DNA of 64,000 nucleotides from Dehalococcoidales bacterium (GCA_041652735.1 JBAZGT010000009.1:4563-68562); one strand, 5' to 3'; shown: positions 46,501 to 56,330, numbered from the stretch's first letter. Notes: generated by a model from the sequence alone, not told the origin. Numbers and translations: made by a program.

Positions 46501-48026
46501 TCCCAGTCCCACACGGTAAGCTCCCGGAGCTCTTCCGGGGAGTAGCCGAGCATTTCCGCGAAGCGCCGGTTGGCTTCATATACCTTGCCCTGCTGGTCCA
46601 GAACGACGATGCCGTCCCGGGACTGCTCGATGAGAATACGCCGGCGGGTGATTTCATCGGCCAGTTTTTCTTCTATATGCCGGCGTTCGGTAACGTCCTG
46701 CCCCACCGCCAGCAACCCCACCACTTCTCCATCCAGGCCTTTGAGTGTCTTGTCATACCACTCGATATCTTTTTCATGCCCGTCTTTGGTGATGATTTTG
46801 TTAATCACGCCCCGCGTCCGGACATCATCTATGGCCCGGTCAAACAAACGCTTGATAGAGCTGCGCGCTTCTTCCGGAATAAAGACATCAAACCAGAAGC
46901 GGCCCTTTACCTCCTCCAGTTTATAGCCGGATATTTCCTGCATATACGGGTTGAAGGTACGGATGCGGCCGTCCGGCTCCAGCACCAGCATGATGACCTG
47001 GGCGGTATCAAACATGCTCTGGTTGAAGTCCCGCTGGAAAACGAGTGCTTCCTCCGCTTGTTTACGCTCGGTGATATCACGGATAATAGCCATATCCGCC
47101 TTTTCACCCTTATAGTTGAAAATGCTGGCGCTTACTTCCGCGTAGACCCTGCGGCCGCCTTTGGCCATTAAAATAAGCTCGTATCTTTCCGGCACTTTCT
47201 CGCCGGCCACGCGGCGGCGGTAGATATCCGCCACTTTATCCCTGTTTTCCGGCGCGACGAAATCAAGGAAGGACCTGCCGGCAATCTCCTCCGCGGTATA
47301 ATCGCTGATATCCATCATCTTGGAGTTGAAGTAAGTGACCCGGCCGTTCTGGATGAAGATAATACCGTCATTGCCGTGTTCCACCAGGCTGTAGTATTTT
47401 TCCTCGCTCTCCATGAGCGCTTCCCGGGCCCGCTTACACTCGGTAATGTCAAGGTACATGGCCAGGTACTGACGCGCGCCGCCCCAGAGTATTTCCTTGC
47501 GGAATACCTGGAGATTTCTCACGGCGCCGTCCGGACGCCGGATATCTATTTCATATTCCGGGGGGAGGTGTTCGCCCTGCTGCCGCCGCTTTTTCCTGAT
47601 GAGGTGCCCGGCATAGCTTTCCGGGGTGTACAGCCGCTCTTTGGGCACGGCTTCCAGCTCTGCGGCGGTGGCGTAGCCGCAGATATCGAGGATAGCCTGG
47701 TTGGCATAGATGAGGCGGCCGTCTTCCGTGACGATGCGCACGCCCAGGGGACAGCCGTCAATGGAGTTGCGGAAGTTTTGTTCTGACGCCGCATAGGCTA
47801 CTGCCATTTGGCGTGAGTCCGGCAGGGCGCTGCCGCCGGCCCGCCCCGGTTCACTGGATTCAGAGGCGGCGGCGTGCCCGGAAGTAATTTTATCACCATC
47901 AACACCGCGCAGCCGGTTAAGCTGCGCTTCAGTCTCCCGCAGCTTTTGATGCAGCTCTTTATAGGTAGGTCTTTTTCCGCTCATCGGACACCCCCATTGT
48001 ACCGCGGGTGATGTTACCGGCATCAA
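43536..48026 (-). CDS. hybrid sensor histidine kinase with about 7 PAS/PAC modules, a GAF-like module, HisKA, HATPase and C-terminal receiver
   Basis: Seven (D/N)(I/V)TE(R/C)(K/R) PAC-end motifs, H-box GIAHDFNNLL, G-boxes DSGMGI and GSGLGLA, and a receiver VLVMDDEE...VIMDLTIPG. Confidence 0.9.
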   Translation of the reverse strand: MMPVTSPAVQWGCPMSGKRPTYKELHQKLRETEAQLNRLRGVDGDKITSGHAAASESSEPGRAGGSALPDSRQMAVAYAASEQNFRNSIDGCPLGVRIVTEDGRLIYANQAILDICGYATAAELEAVPKERLYTPESYAGHLIRKKRRQQGEHLPPEYEIDIRRPDGAVRNLQVFRKEILWGGARQYLAMYLDITECKRAREALMESEEKYYSLVEHGNDGIIFIQNGRVTYFNSKMMDISDYTAEEIAGRSFLDFVAPENRDKVADIYRRRVAGEKVPERYELILMAKGGRRVYAEVSASIFNYKGEKADMAIIRDITERKQAEEALVFQRDFNQSMFDTAQVIMLVLEPDGRIRTFNPYMQEISGYKLEEVKGRFWFDVFIPEEARSSIKRLFDRAIDDVRTRGVINKIITKDGHEKDIEWYDKTLKGLDGEVVGLLAVGQDVTERRHIEEKLADEITRRRILIEQSRDGIVVLDQQGKVYEANRRFAEMLGYSPEELRELTVWDWEFLLPREQVLEMLSTVDEAGDHFETRHRRKDGSIYDVEISTNGAVFAGQKLIFCVCRNITERKQAEIAIHQSEERFRRIFQEGPLGIILSNLEYRYTMVNSRFCQMFGYSEAELMSMTFKDISLPEDIAANVPNLQKLVTGELTYYKTEKRYIRKNGDTIWGSVTATLLRDSSGQPLGFLAMIEDITERRRLEESIRYHASLIENVSDAIVSCDMAFKLISWNKAAEEIYGWREDEVLGKNLMKLVKPVFSNSTIADIEKRLIKDGYWQGEAVHHRKDGVELSVLISVSTIKDAQGNALGVVSVFSNITERKEAQELLRESGERYRSTLDNMMEGCQIIGRDYRYIYVNDAAVRQSRLKREDLLGHTMMEVFPGIEKTGLFPRLRECMEKGTAHRMENEFFFPDGDKGWFALDLQPVPEGVFILSLDITERKQAEERIQHLNLALRSIRNVNQLITREKNRDKLIRGICDNLVENHSFASAWIVLFDDAGQPVTWAANNTGNFPALIKAFQRGIFPRCVQQALRQPQVVVTEDPRTMCPECPVIGALEEIGSMTIRLEIEGKTYGVLCASMERILLTDKDEVSLFTEVAMDIAFALRDIELGIRNEVLEQEQVRSAKLESIGTLAGGIAHDFNNLLTGIMGNIGLAKTTITSPNPAFEILDEAEKAAVRARDLTQQLLTFARGGKPVKKLVNIADVVKESAEFALRGSAARLELSFPPELWSVEADEGQIGQVINNLVINADEAMPQGGILKITAVNVTVNRSSGLPLPGGDYVNIVIKDSGMGIAQEHLIRIFEPYFTTKQKGSGLGLATAYSIVRNHGGDITAESVQNEGSTFHIYLPASKKTGKGGRKMVIANSRRVGGKVLVMDDEEIIRKMLKNMLSLSGYEVELSADGREALEKYSQAMLRQDPFDAVIMDLTIPGGMGGKETIKKLLEIDPKAAVIVSSGYATDPIMSEFKKYGFKAVIAKPYSVKQLQESLSMVPRRKNN

Positions 48027-48323
48027 GATATAAAAAAAGCGCCGCGTACCGCTACCGGATGGTTTTTATCGCAAGCGATACCGTCACCGTTTTTAACACT
48101 CTTTGACCTTTAATGCAGACGGAAAATATGTTAGGTGTGCCCAGGGGGCATTAAATAAGGGCAATTTTCAAGTTTACCTTTTAGGCGATGTATTGTCAAG
48201 TGGCAAAGAAAATATATAAAACATAGCCAGGTGACAGCACCAAATAAAACGCCGGGCGGGATAAATATGAAGGGCTGTCTAGCCAAGTCCGTTTTGGCGG
48301 GGAAAAGGGGCGGGGGCTTTGGA

Positions 48324-49607
48324 TTACTCGAAAAGCTCCATGATGTGCCGGATGTTTTGCGTCATACCGTTGCGGGTGGTGCTATCGATAAGCTGTATCT
48401 GGCAGCCAGGGCAATCGGTCACCACCACGTCCGCCCCGGTGGACTTGATAGCGGCGGCTTTTTTATCCCCGATTTTCCTGGACAGCTCATAGAAGTGGAT
48501 GCTGAAAGTCCCGGCCATGCCGCAGCAGCGGTCGGCGTCCGGCAGCTCCACGTATTTGATGTCCGGCAGAGACTTGAGGATTTGGCGCGGCTGCTCCTTG
48601 ACGCCGAGATAGCGCCCCAGGTGGCAGGGCTCGTGGAAGGTGACGGTCTTGCCGCGGAACTCCGGGGCGACGGTGTAGGCGGCGGGGGGCAGCTTTAAAA
48701 TGTCCACCAGGAACTCGGTGATGTCCTTGATTTTGGCGGCGAACTCCGTGTACCGCTGCTTTCTTTCCGGCGTATCCGCCAGGAACTTGGCGTAGTCCTT
48801 CATCGACGAGGCGCAGGTAGCGCAGTCGGTAATAATATAGTCGAGGTCTTGAAACGCTTTGACGTTGGCGTCCGCCATTTTCCTCCCCGTTTTAAAGTCG
48901 CCCGCGCCCAGGAAAACGGGCGCGCCGCAGCAGCCCTGGCCCCGCGGCATGATGACCGCCACGCCGTTTTTGTTTAAAAAACGTATAATTTGCTTGCCCA
49001 GCTCCGGGAAAACGTAGTCCGTCATGCAGCCGGTGAAATAGCCCACCGTGAATTTGGTTGCCACTCCGGGCGGGGGGCTATTGACCTCCGGCACGGACCG
49101 GCGGAGGAAGCGGGGGGCTATCTGGGGTATGTGCCGGCCCTTGCCCAGCGCGCTGAGGAACAGGGAAAGATGGCGGATGCTGCCCTGCGTTTTGGGGAGG
49201 AAAATGCCCTGGAACCAAGAGGCGAAACGCACCGTGTACCCGAAGAGCCGCCGCCGCGGCAGTAGCCAGCGGAAGATAAAGTTGTAGGGGAAGGACACGC
49301 CCCGCTGCCGCGCCTTATCCGCCCGGGCGGCGGTGATAAGCTCCGGCACGTGGGTGCCGGCCGGGCACTTTTGCTCGCAGGTCATGCAGAGCGTGCACTG
49401 GTCCAGCATTTCCGCCGCTTCCTTACTGGCCTTGCGCCCGCCGTCCAGCAGCGACCGCGCCAGCATTATTTTGCCCCGCGCTACCGCCGTTTCTATCTTT
49501 TGCTCGCGGTAAACGGGGCAGGCGGACATGCAGAAGCCACACTTGGTGCATTTATCAAGGTCGTCCTTGAATTTGGCGAGCTCCGGGTAATCATTTTTAG
49601 CGGTCAT
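48324..49607 (-). CDS. (Fe-S)-binding oxidoreductase subunit, GlcF/HdrD-like (2x4Fe-4S plus two CCG domains)
   Basis: CTKCGFCMSACP, CTLCMTCEQKCP, and CCG motifs CCGAP and CCGMAG...CPGC. Confidence 0.85.
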   Translation of the reverse strand: MTAKNDYPELAKFKDDLDKCTKCGFCMSACPVYREQKIETAVARGKIMLARSLLDGGRKASKEAAEMLDQCTLCMTCEQKCPAGTHVPELITAARADKARQRGVSFPYNFIFRWLLPRRRLFGYTVRFASWFQGIFLPKTQGSIRHLSLFLSALGKGRHIPQIAPRFLRRSVPEVNSPPPGVATKFTVGYFTGCMTDYVFPELGKQIIRFLNKNGVAVIMPRGQGCCGAPVFLGAGDFKTGRKMADANVKAFQDLDYIITDCATCASSMKDYAKFLADTPERKQRYTEFAAKIKDITEFLVDILKLPPAAYTVAPEFRGKTVTFHEPCHLGRYLGVKEQPRQILKSLPDIKYVELPDADRCCGMAGTFSIHFYELSRKIGDKKAAAIKSTGADVVVTDCPGCQIQLIDSTTRNGMTQNIRHIMELFE

Positions 49608-49782
49608 AATACCAATTACTGCTGCTAATATCCATTACCTGACCTTTCCTCCTCTTCGACTCCGGCTTTCGCCGGACCCTTCGACAAGCTCAGGGTGAGC
49701 GGGGGGGATAAGGGGGGGATGGCCGCGCCGTCCCGATTCGAGGGTAATAAGGGGCTCAACGGGACTCCTGGCAATGACATGC

Positions 49783-51168
49783 TTATTCTTCCTCCCAAAT
49801 CTTACCCGGATTGAGAATGTGCTGCGGGTCCAGCACGTTCTTGATTTGTTTCATCAGCTCGATAGCCCGGGGGTCCATGGCTTTTTTAAGGAAACGCTGC
49901 TTTTCCAGTCCGATGCCGTGCTCCCCGGAAAGCACGCCCCCCAGATTGAGGGCGATTTCTATGATTTCCTCCACGCACTGTAAAGCGCGCTGGTAATGCT
50001 CTTTATCCCGGCTGTCCGTAAGCACGGCCGGGTGAAAATTGCCGTCCCCCACGTGCCCCGCGAAGCTGACGGGCACGTCATGGCGCTTGGCGCTGGCCCG
50101 GCCCAGCCGGATAAACTCGGCGATTTTATCGCGCGGCACGCAGACGTCCTCGTTGACGATAGTGTGGGCGCGACTGGAGATATCGGAGAAGTGCGCCCGC
50201 CGCGCCGCCCAGTATTTTTCCGCTTCCGCCGCGTCCGCCGCCACCCTGACCTCCCGCGCTGTTTGCTTACAGACGGCCGCCACCTGCTCCGCCTCCGCCG
50301 CCACCGTCTGCGGCAGGCCGTCCACCTGTATCAGCAGGATAACCTGCGAGGTGTCCAGGACGTTATCCGGGATGACGCCGCGGAACTTCTCGAAGGTCCA
50401 GTTGTCCATGAACTCCACCTTGGAGGGCAGGACGCTGCCGGCGATAATGGAGGTCACCGTTTCCCCCGCCACCGCCGCGTCATCGAACACGGCCACGATA
50501 GTCTTTTCCGCTTTGGGCGCCGGAAGCAGGCGCAGTGAGATTTTAGTGATAATGCCTAAAGTCCCCTCCGACCCGGTGAAAAGCATCATCAGCTCATAGC
50601 CGGTGCGGTTCTTGGGCGTGAGGCCGCCCAGCTTGATGATATGCCCGTCCGCCAGGGCCACCTCCAGGCCGAGCACGTACTGCTTGGTGACGCCGTACTT
50701 GAGGCAGGAAGGGCCGCCGGCGTTTTCCGCCACCACCCCGCCCATGGTACACCCGGCGAAGCTCTGGGGGTCCGGGGGGAAGAAAAGCCCTTCTTTGGCC
50801 AGGGCCGCCTGGAAGTCCTGAAGCACCACGCCCGGCTCCACGGTGGCGTTCAGGTTGGTCTTGTTAATCTCTAAAATACGGTCGAGGCGGGTGGTGCAGA
50901 GCACAATGCCGCCTTTTATCGGGATGGAGCCGCCGCTGACGTTGGTGCCGCCGCCGCGCGGCGTGACCGGGATATTATTCTCACCGGCGAACCCGAGGAT
51001 GGCGGCTACCTGGGCGGCCTGCGTGGGCAGCACCACCACATCCGGCAGGTGCGACCACATGGCGGTGCCGTCGTAAGAATAGGCCCGGGTCTCTTCCAGG
51101 GAGGCCAGCACGTTGGTGCGGCCGACGATTTGGCGCAGGGCTTCGATGTGTTTTTGGTTAATGGTCAT
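49783..51168 (-). CDS. FAD-linked oxidase, GlcD (glycolate/D-lactate dehydrogenase) family
   Basis: FAD-binding PCMH domain (PRGGGTNVSGG) and C-terminal SGEHGIGLEK. Confidence 0.88.
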   Translation of the reverse strand: MTINQKHIEALRQIVGRTNVLASLEETRAYSYDGTAMWSHLPDVVVLPTQAAQVAAILGFAGENNIPVTPRGGGTNVSGGSIPIKGGIVLCTTRLDRILEINKTNLNATVEPGVVLQDFQAALAKEGLFFPPDPQSFAGCTMGGVVAENAGGPSCLKYGVTKQYVLGLEVALADGHIIKLGGLTPKNRTGYELMMLFTGSEGTLGIITKISLRLLPAPKAEKTIVAVFDDAAVAGETVTSIIAGSVLPSKVEFMDNWTFEKFRGVIPDNVLDTSQVILLIQVDGLPQTVAAEAEQVAAVCKQTAREVRVAADAAEAEKYWAARRAHFSDISSRAHTIVNEDVCVPRDKIAEFIRLGRASAKRHDVPVSFAGHVGDGNFHPAVLTDSRDKEHYQRALQCVEEIIEIALNLGGVLSGEHGIGLEKQRFLKKAMDPRAIELMKQIKNVLDPQHILNPGKIWEEE

Positions 51169-51230
51169 AAAGGTTTCCCTAACTAATACTTTAGCGCGTC
51201 AGGACGGGCGGTTCAAGATAAGCCCGATAT

Positions 51231-52145
51231 TCAGTGTTTATCCGGCCGCGGCAGCTGGCAGACAAAGCCGTTGGGGCAGGAATCGCACTCCAGCTGGAGG
51301 GTGGTGTGGGTGATATCGAACTCCGCCGCCAGGGCCGCGTTCACCTGTGTAACGATATCGCAGCTCTGGCTCACCGTCTGGTCGGTAATGCGCAGGTGGG
51401 CGCTCAGGGCGTAAATGCCGGTGGTTATCGTCCAGATATGGATATCGTGCAGGTCTTCCACGCCGGGGACGTTTTTCACGGAGGCTATCACTTTCTCTAT
51501 CGCCACGTGGCCGGGGACGGACTCCAGCAGGATGTCTGAGGACTCCCGCACGATGCGCACCGCACCCCAGAGGATGATAACGCCGATAACGACGGCGAGA
51601 ATGGGGTCGGCGATGTTCCAGCCGGTAAAGTAGATTATAGCGCCGGCGATGATGACGCCCACGGAAGAAAGCGTGTCCCCGATGACGTGCCAGAAGGCGG
51701 CCTTGACGTTGATGCTTTGGCGGCTGCCCCGGCGCAGCAGGAACAGCCCGATGACGTTAGCCACCAGGCCGATGGCCGCCACCGCCAGCATCAGGGGGCT
51801 TTTGACCGCCGGCAGCTCGGTGAAGCGGCGGTAGGCCTCGTAAAAAATGAAGATGGAGAGGACGACCAGGATGGCGCCGTTGGTCAGCGCGGCCATGATT
51901 TCAGCGCGGTGGTAGCCGTAGGTGCGGGTGGGGGTGGCGGGGCGCCGCGCCAGGCGCATGGCGAAGAGGCTCAAGCCCAGCGCCAGGGCGTCCGTGAGCA
52001 TGTGGGCGGCGTCGCTGATCAGGGCGAGACTGTTGCTCAGGATGCCGCCGACTATTTCCGCGACCATGATGAGCAGCACCAGCCCCAGCGTTATCTGGAG
52101 GGGCCGTCTGGCGGCAGCGTTATTGTGCCCTGCGTGACTGTGCAT
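51231..52145 (-). CDS. cation diffusion facilitator family metal efflux transporter
   Basis: SDAAHMLTDALALGLS and HVIGDTLSSVGVI motifs, 6 TM, and a C-terminal cytoplasmic domain. Confidence 0.88.
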   Translation of the reverse strand: MHSHAGHNNAAARRPLQITLGLVLLIMVAEIVGGILSNSLALISDAAHMLTDALALGLSLFAMRLARRPATPTRTYGYHRAEIMAALTNGAILVVLSIFIFYEAYRRFTELPAVKSPLMLAVAAIGLVANVIGLFLLRRGSRQSINVKAAFWHVIGDTLSSVGVIIAGAIIYFTGWNIADPILAVVIGVIILWGAVRIVRESSDILLESVPGHVAIEKVIASVKNVPGVEDLHDIHIWTITTGIYALSAHLRITDQTVSQSCDIVTQVNAALAAEFDITHTTLQLECDSCPNGFVCQLPRPDKH

Positions 52146-52652
52146 GGTTACTCCGGTATTACTTTAACGCGTTGGGGCGGTTTAGTAAAATCCCCCGCCT
52201 TGGTTCAATCTAATTTTCCCTTGGTAAAAGGGGGATTTTCCCGGCGACGCCCTGAAATTCAGCCGGTTTGAATACCTGGATACCGGCTTGCGCCGGTATG
52301 GTTAGCAGGTGAAAAGCTATGAAAGCTAATCCTTTATTCCTCCCGCCGTATGATGATGCCGGAGATATATACCCGGTTCTGAAACTCCCCGATTATCTTT
52401 AGGATGGTCGATGACTATTTCCGAAGTCCTTATCAATTCGTCCAGCCGCTGCCAGAATAGTGTTTTCATGGCGCCTCCAGAAAGATTTGAGTTATTATAG
52501 CACTATTACGGCCATCCGGATGAAAAACTGGAATCCGGTCTGCTTTTTCTGCCCACCGGCAGCTCATCACTCCGGTAAATAGACTTTCCGGCATAAAATT
52601 GATAGCGTTGCCTGATTATCTGTTGTATACTTAACAATAAGGAGTCTGCATC

Positions 52653-52871
52653 ATGGAACAAACTTTTGAAGCTACCATTGAAAAGTGCGACAAATGGTAT
52701 GTAGGATGGGTGGATGCCGTGCCGGGGGCTTTCAGCCAGGGTAAGACGGTCAGGGAGGTCGAGAACAACTTAAAGGAAGCGGTGCAGCTCATACTGGAAA
52801 GCCAGCGGGAAATAGTAGACCAAAAAGCACACGGTGAAATCCTGAAAAGGAAAATCCAGGTCAAAGTTTAA
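52653..52871 (+). CDS. hicB: HicB-like (UPF0150) antitoxin
   Basis: 72 aa. The EKCDKWYVGWVDAVPGAFSQGKTVREVENNLKEAV pattern is typical of short HicB proteins. Confidence 0.75.
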   Translation: MEQTFEATIEKCDKWYVGWVDAVPGAFSQGKTVREVENNLKEAVQLILESQREIVDQKAHGEILKRKIQVKV

Positions 52872-52875
52872 TCCC

Positions 52876-53073
52876 ATGAAGCGCCGCGACTTCATCAGCC
52901 ATTTAAGAAGTGAAGGTTGCGTAATGCACCGTGAAGGCGCCAAACACACGGTGTTCTACAATCCAGGAAACGGACACCTTGCCGCCGTCCCCCGCCACAG
53001 AGAAATAGTAATTACCCTGGCAAAGAAAATTTGCTGTCAACTGGACATCCCTCTGCCAACCGAAAAAGCTTAG
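52876..53073 (+). CDS. hicA: HicA mRNA interferase toxin
   Basis: 65 aa; REGAKHTVFYNP...AAVPRHREI motif (HicA/YcfA family). It starts 4 nt after hicB. Confidence 0.78.
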   Translation: MKRRDFISHLRSEGCVMHREGAKHTVFYNPGNGHLAAVPRHREIVITLAKKICCQLDIPLPTEKA

Positions 53074-53146
53074 GCATATTCCCCCTTTCCCCAACTTGCC
53101 ATCCCGCCTGCAACCCTGTATCATGAGTTACTGGAGCGTGTTAAAC

Positions 53147-54151
53147 ATGGATGCAGACTTGGTCCCCCCCGGCCTTACCTACCTGGCGGACAACATTACC
53201 ACCCGGCAGAATATCCTGGGCGTGAGCAAGGAGCAGGGCGCGCGCTGGGCGCAAAAGCTCAACCTCCCCGCCCGGGCGGATACGCTGTTCTTCGCCGGCT
53301 GCGGCTACCAGTATTCCGCCCAGCTGGAGGTATTGATGTCCCTGGCCCGGGGCACGGACAAAAGCGTCATAGGGTCGGAGCTGCCGATGCGCTTCGCCAG
53401 ATTTCAGAAAAAGCTGGGGCTGAACCTGCCCGGCATCTACAGCAACGCCCTGTCCCGCGGCGGCGAGGCGGAGGTCAAGCCGCTGGAGGCCGCGGTGAAA
53501 GTACTGCGCAAGATGGGCATCCAGCCCGGCTACCTGGCGGAAAACGAGCCCTGCTGCGGCGCGCCGCTGCACCATGCCGGACTGGAAACCAAGTTCGCGG
53601 AAAACGCCCGCCGCGCTTACGGCACGCTGAAAAACGCGGAAGCCAAAAGAGTAATCAGCATCGTGCCGTACTGCACACACGCGCTGCAAAAGCTTTTCCC
53701 GCAGTACGTGGACGGCTACAATATAGAGGTCAGGCACTTCCTGGAAATAGTCGCCGAAAAAATATCGCTTTTCAAGCTGAAGTATCCCCGCAAGGTGCGG
53801 GTGACCTACCACGACCCCTGCCAGCTGGTGCGCTATTTGAGCCTGGTGGAGGAGCCGCGCCGCATCCTCAGAGCTATCGAGGGGGTGGAGCTGGTAGAGA
53901 CGGACTGGACTAAAGGCGAGTGGGCCACCTGCTGCGGGGGAGGGGGCGGCTTCGAGACCGTTTTCCCGGCGCTGAGCGAGGTGCTGGCGGTCAACCGCGT
54001 TACCGAGCTGATGGAGACCAAACCGGACATTATCGTGACGCACTGCCCCGGCTGCATCATGCAGCTCAAGGACGGGCTGCGCCAGCTTAAGGTGGAGGGC
54101 GTGGAGGTGCTGGACCTGTCACAGGTAGTGGCGGCGGCCATGGAACTATGA
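53147..54151 (+). CDS. (Fe-S)-binding protein with two CCG domains (LutA/GlpC/HdrB-like)
   Basis: CCGAPLHHAG...YC and CCGGGGG...HCPGC. The track start is TTG 53096; I prefer ATG 53147 because of its GGAG SD. Confidence 0.8.
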   Translation: MDADLVPPGLTYLADNITTRQNILGVSKEQGARWAQKLNLPARADTLFFAGCGYQYSAQLEVLMSLARGTDKSVIGSELPMRFARFQKKLGLNLPGIYSNALSRGGEAEVKPLEAAVKVLRKMGIQPGYLAENEPCCGAPLHHAGLETKFAENARRAYGTLKNAEAKRVISIVPYCTHALQKLFPQYVDGYNIEVRHFLEIVAEKISLFKLKYPRKVRVTYHDPCQLVRYLSLVEEPRRILRAIEGVELVETDWTKGEWATCCGGGGGFETVFPALSEVLAVNRVTELMETKPDIIVTHCPGCIMQLKDGLRQLKVEGVEVLDLSQVVAAAMEL

Positions 54152-55353
54152 AAAAATCATCCGAATTTAAAGACTACAAAAAAGAAATCATGGACGCGGC
54201 GCATAACGACCGGCTGCGGCTGGCTTTATCCCGCGCCGTCAAGAGCTTCCGGGGCAACGTGAAAAACGCCCTGGAGAAATTCCCCCATACCATCCCCCTG
54301 GCGGACGAAGTCCGGACAATCAAGGAAAAAGCCATCCCGGACATGGAAAAACTCACCCGCCAGGCCATCGCCGCCATAGAGGAGAACAAAGGTAAAGGGT
54401 ATATCGCCCGGACGACGGAAGAAGCCCTGCAAATTATCGGCGACCTTGTAGGCACCAAAAAGCTCATCGTCAAGGGCAAGAGCATGACCAGCGAGGAAAT
54501 CGGCCTGCGCGAATACCTGGAGGAAACCGGCAACGAGGTGTACGAGACCGACCTCGGCGAGTTTATTATTCAAAAGCTGGGCGACCGCCCGATGCACATA
54601 CTATCGCCGTCCATCCACGTTCCCCGCGAGGACGTGGCGCGGCTTTTCTCCAAGATTATGGGGCAGGAAATAGCCCCGGACGCGGAGATAGCGGACATGG
54701 TGGCCGCCGCCCGCGAGTACCTGCGGGACAAGTTCTTCCGCGCGGACATCGGCATCAGCGGGGCCAACGTGGTCGCCGCGGAGACCGGCACCCTTTTCAT
54801 TATCGAGAACGAGGGCAATATCCGCCTGGCTACCAGCGCCCCGCCCGTCCACATCGCCCTGGTGGGCATGGAAAAGCTCGTCCCCACCCTCAACGACGCC
54901 TATAAAGTCAGCGAGGTCACCTGGCGCTACGCCAACTACACCATCCCCTCCTATGTCAGCATGGTATCCGGTCCCAGCAAGACCGGCGATATCGAGAAAG
55001 TTACCACCTACGGCGCTCACGGCCCCAAGGAGTTCCATGTCATCTTCCTGGACGGGGGCCGGACGCGACTGGCCAAGTACCCCAGGCTGCGCCAGGCGCT
55101 TTACTGTCTGCGCTGCGGCGGCTGCCTTTACGAGTGCCCCGTCTTCGCGGTGACGGCCGGGCACTTCGGCGACAAGTATTTTACCGGCATCGGCGCGGTG
55201 TGGGCGGCTATCGTCAACGAGGATAAAGAGAAGGCGGCTTCCCTGGCCTACACCTGCCTCACCTGCGGGCGCTGCCGCCAGCGCTGCCCGGTAAAGATAG
55301 ACGTGCCGGAAATGGTGCTCGAACTGCGCAAGATGCTGGCCGAGGGCGAATAG
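54148..55353 (+). CDS. LUD-domain iron-sulfur protein (LutB-like)
   Basis: LUD/DUF162 core (GISGANVVAAETGTLFIIENEGN) plus CLRCGGCLYECP and CLTCGRCRQRCP. It overlaps the upstream gene by 4 nt. Confidence 0.82.
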   Translation: MKKSSEFKDYKKEIMDAAHNDRLRLALSRAVKSFRGNVKNALEKFPHTIPLADEVRTIKEKAIPDMEKLTRQAIAAIEENKGKGYIARTTEEALQIIGDLVGTKKLIVKGKSMTSEEIGLREYLEETGNEVYETDLGEFIIQKLGDRPMHILSPSIHVPREDVARLFSKIMGQEIAPDAEIADMVAAAREYLRDKFFRADIGISGANVVAAETGTLFIIENEGNIRLATSAPPVHIALVGMEKLVPTLNDAYKVSEVTWRYANYTIPSYVSMVSGPSKTGDIEKVTTYGAHGPKEFHVIFLDGGRTRLAKYPRLRQALYCLRCGGCLYECPVFAVTAGHFGDKYFTGIGAVWAAIVNEDKEKAASLAYTCLTCGRCRQRCPVKIDVPEMVLELRKMLAEGE

Positions 55354-55357
55354 CGCC

Positions 55358-56203
55358 ATGCGTGTAATCAATGCCGCGGATATTACCGGGGCCGTTGCCG
55401 ATCTCTTCAGGCAGGCCAACTACGAGCTGGGCGAGGATGTCCTGGCCGCGCTGGAAAAGGCGCGCCGCGAGGAAGAGTCCCCGGCCGGACGCGAGGCTTT
55501 GAACGCCATCCTGGAGAACGCCCGCGCAGCTTCCGCAGATAAAATCCCGCTCTGTCAGGACTGCGGCGCCGCCGTGGTCTTCCTGGAGATAGGGCAGGAC
55601 GTCCATGTAGCGGGCGGCGACCTTGCTGCCGCCATTAATGAAGGCGTGCGGCAGGCTTACCAGGAAGGCTACCTCCGGAAGTCGATGGTCGACCGCCCCT
55701 TTTCCGACCGTAAGAATACCGGGGATAACACCCCCGCCGTCATCCATACGGATATCGTCCCCGGCGATAAGCTCAAGATTACCGTGCTGCCCAAGGGCGG
55801 CGGCGCGGAAAATATGGCCAGGCTTGGTATGCTGCTGCCGGCTGCCGGCAGAAAGGGCGTGGTAGACTTTGTGGTCAACGCCGTGAGCGAGGCGTGGAGC
55901 AACCCCTGTCCCCCCATAATCATCGGTGTTGGCATCGGCGGCACGGCGGAAAAAGCCATGCTGCTGGCCAAGCACGCCCTGGTGAGAAAAGTAGGGGAAC
56001 CCGGCCCCGATAAAGAAAACGCCGATCTCGAACGGGAGATTTTGCATAAAGTGAATGACCTGGGCATCGGCCCGATGGGTTACGGCGGACGGGTTACCGC
56101 CCTCGCCGTGCATGTGGAGAGCTTTCCCGCCCACCTTACCGCCCTGCCCGTGGCGGTTAATTTACAGTGCCATTCCGCAAGGCACCGGGAGATAGTGCTG
56201 TGA
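55358..56203 (+). CDS. class I (Fe-S) fumarate/tartrate hydratase, alpha subunit
   Basis: PLCQDCG cluster motif, GGGAENM, 281 aa. Confidence 0.88.
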   Translation: MRVINAADITGAVADLFRQANYELGEDVLAALEKARREEESPAGREALNAILENARAASADKIPLCQDCGAAVVFLEIGQDVHVAGGDLAAAINEGVRQAYQEGYLRKSMVDRPFSDRKNTGDNTPAVIHTDIVPGDKLKITVLPKGGGAENMARLGMLLPAAGRKGVVDFVVNAVSEAWSNPCPPIIIGVGIGGTAEKAMLLAKHALVRKVGEPGPDKENADLEREILHKVNDLGIGPMGYGGRVTALAVHVESFPAHLTALPVAVNLQCHSARHREIVL

Positions 56204-56330
56204 TAGTGTTATTGCGAGGAGTATAAAACTCCCTTATTCCCTCTTTACGAAAGAGGGACAAAATGTTGGACTTAAAAAGAATATCATCTCCCTTTCGTAA
56301 AGGGAGATAAGAGAGGGTTTTAAGACGCCT
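56204..56330. repeat. REP-like hairpin pair inserted between fumarase alpha and beta genes
   Basis: CCCTCTTT-ACG-AAAGAGGG (56239..56257) and TCTCCCTTT-CGT-AAAGGGAGA (56287..56307), plus TATTGCGAGGAG. Confidence 0.8.

Noticed and set aside
52146-52330. Possible NiCo (czcD-motif) riboswitch in the leader of the cation-diffusion-facilitator gene. It contains a neat ATACCGGC-GCAA-GCCGGTAT hairpin.
   Set aside because: I cannot reproduce the riboswitch consensus from memory well enough to match it. The hairpins look like the same REP-type elements seen elsewhere. A covariance-model scan is needed.
52326-52469. 47-aa minus-strand ORF with a good GGAGG SD (MKTLFWQRLDELIRTSEIVIDHPKDNRG...).
   Set aside because: It looks like the N-terminal stub of a longer protein that stops prematurely. 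I cannot assign a family, and it falls below a reasonable length threshold. It may be another gene remnant.
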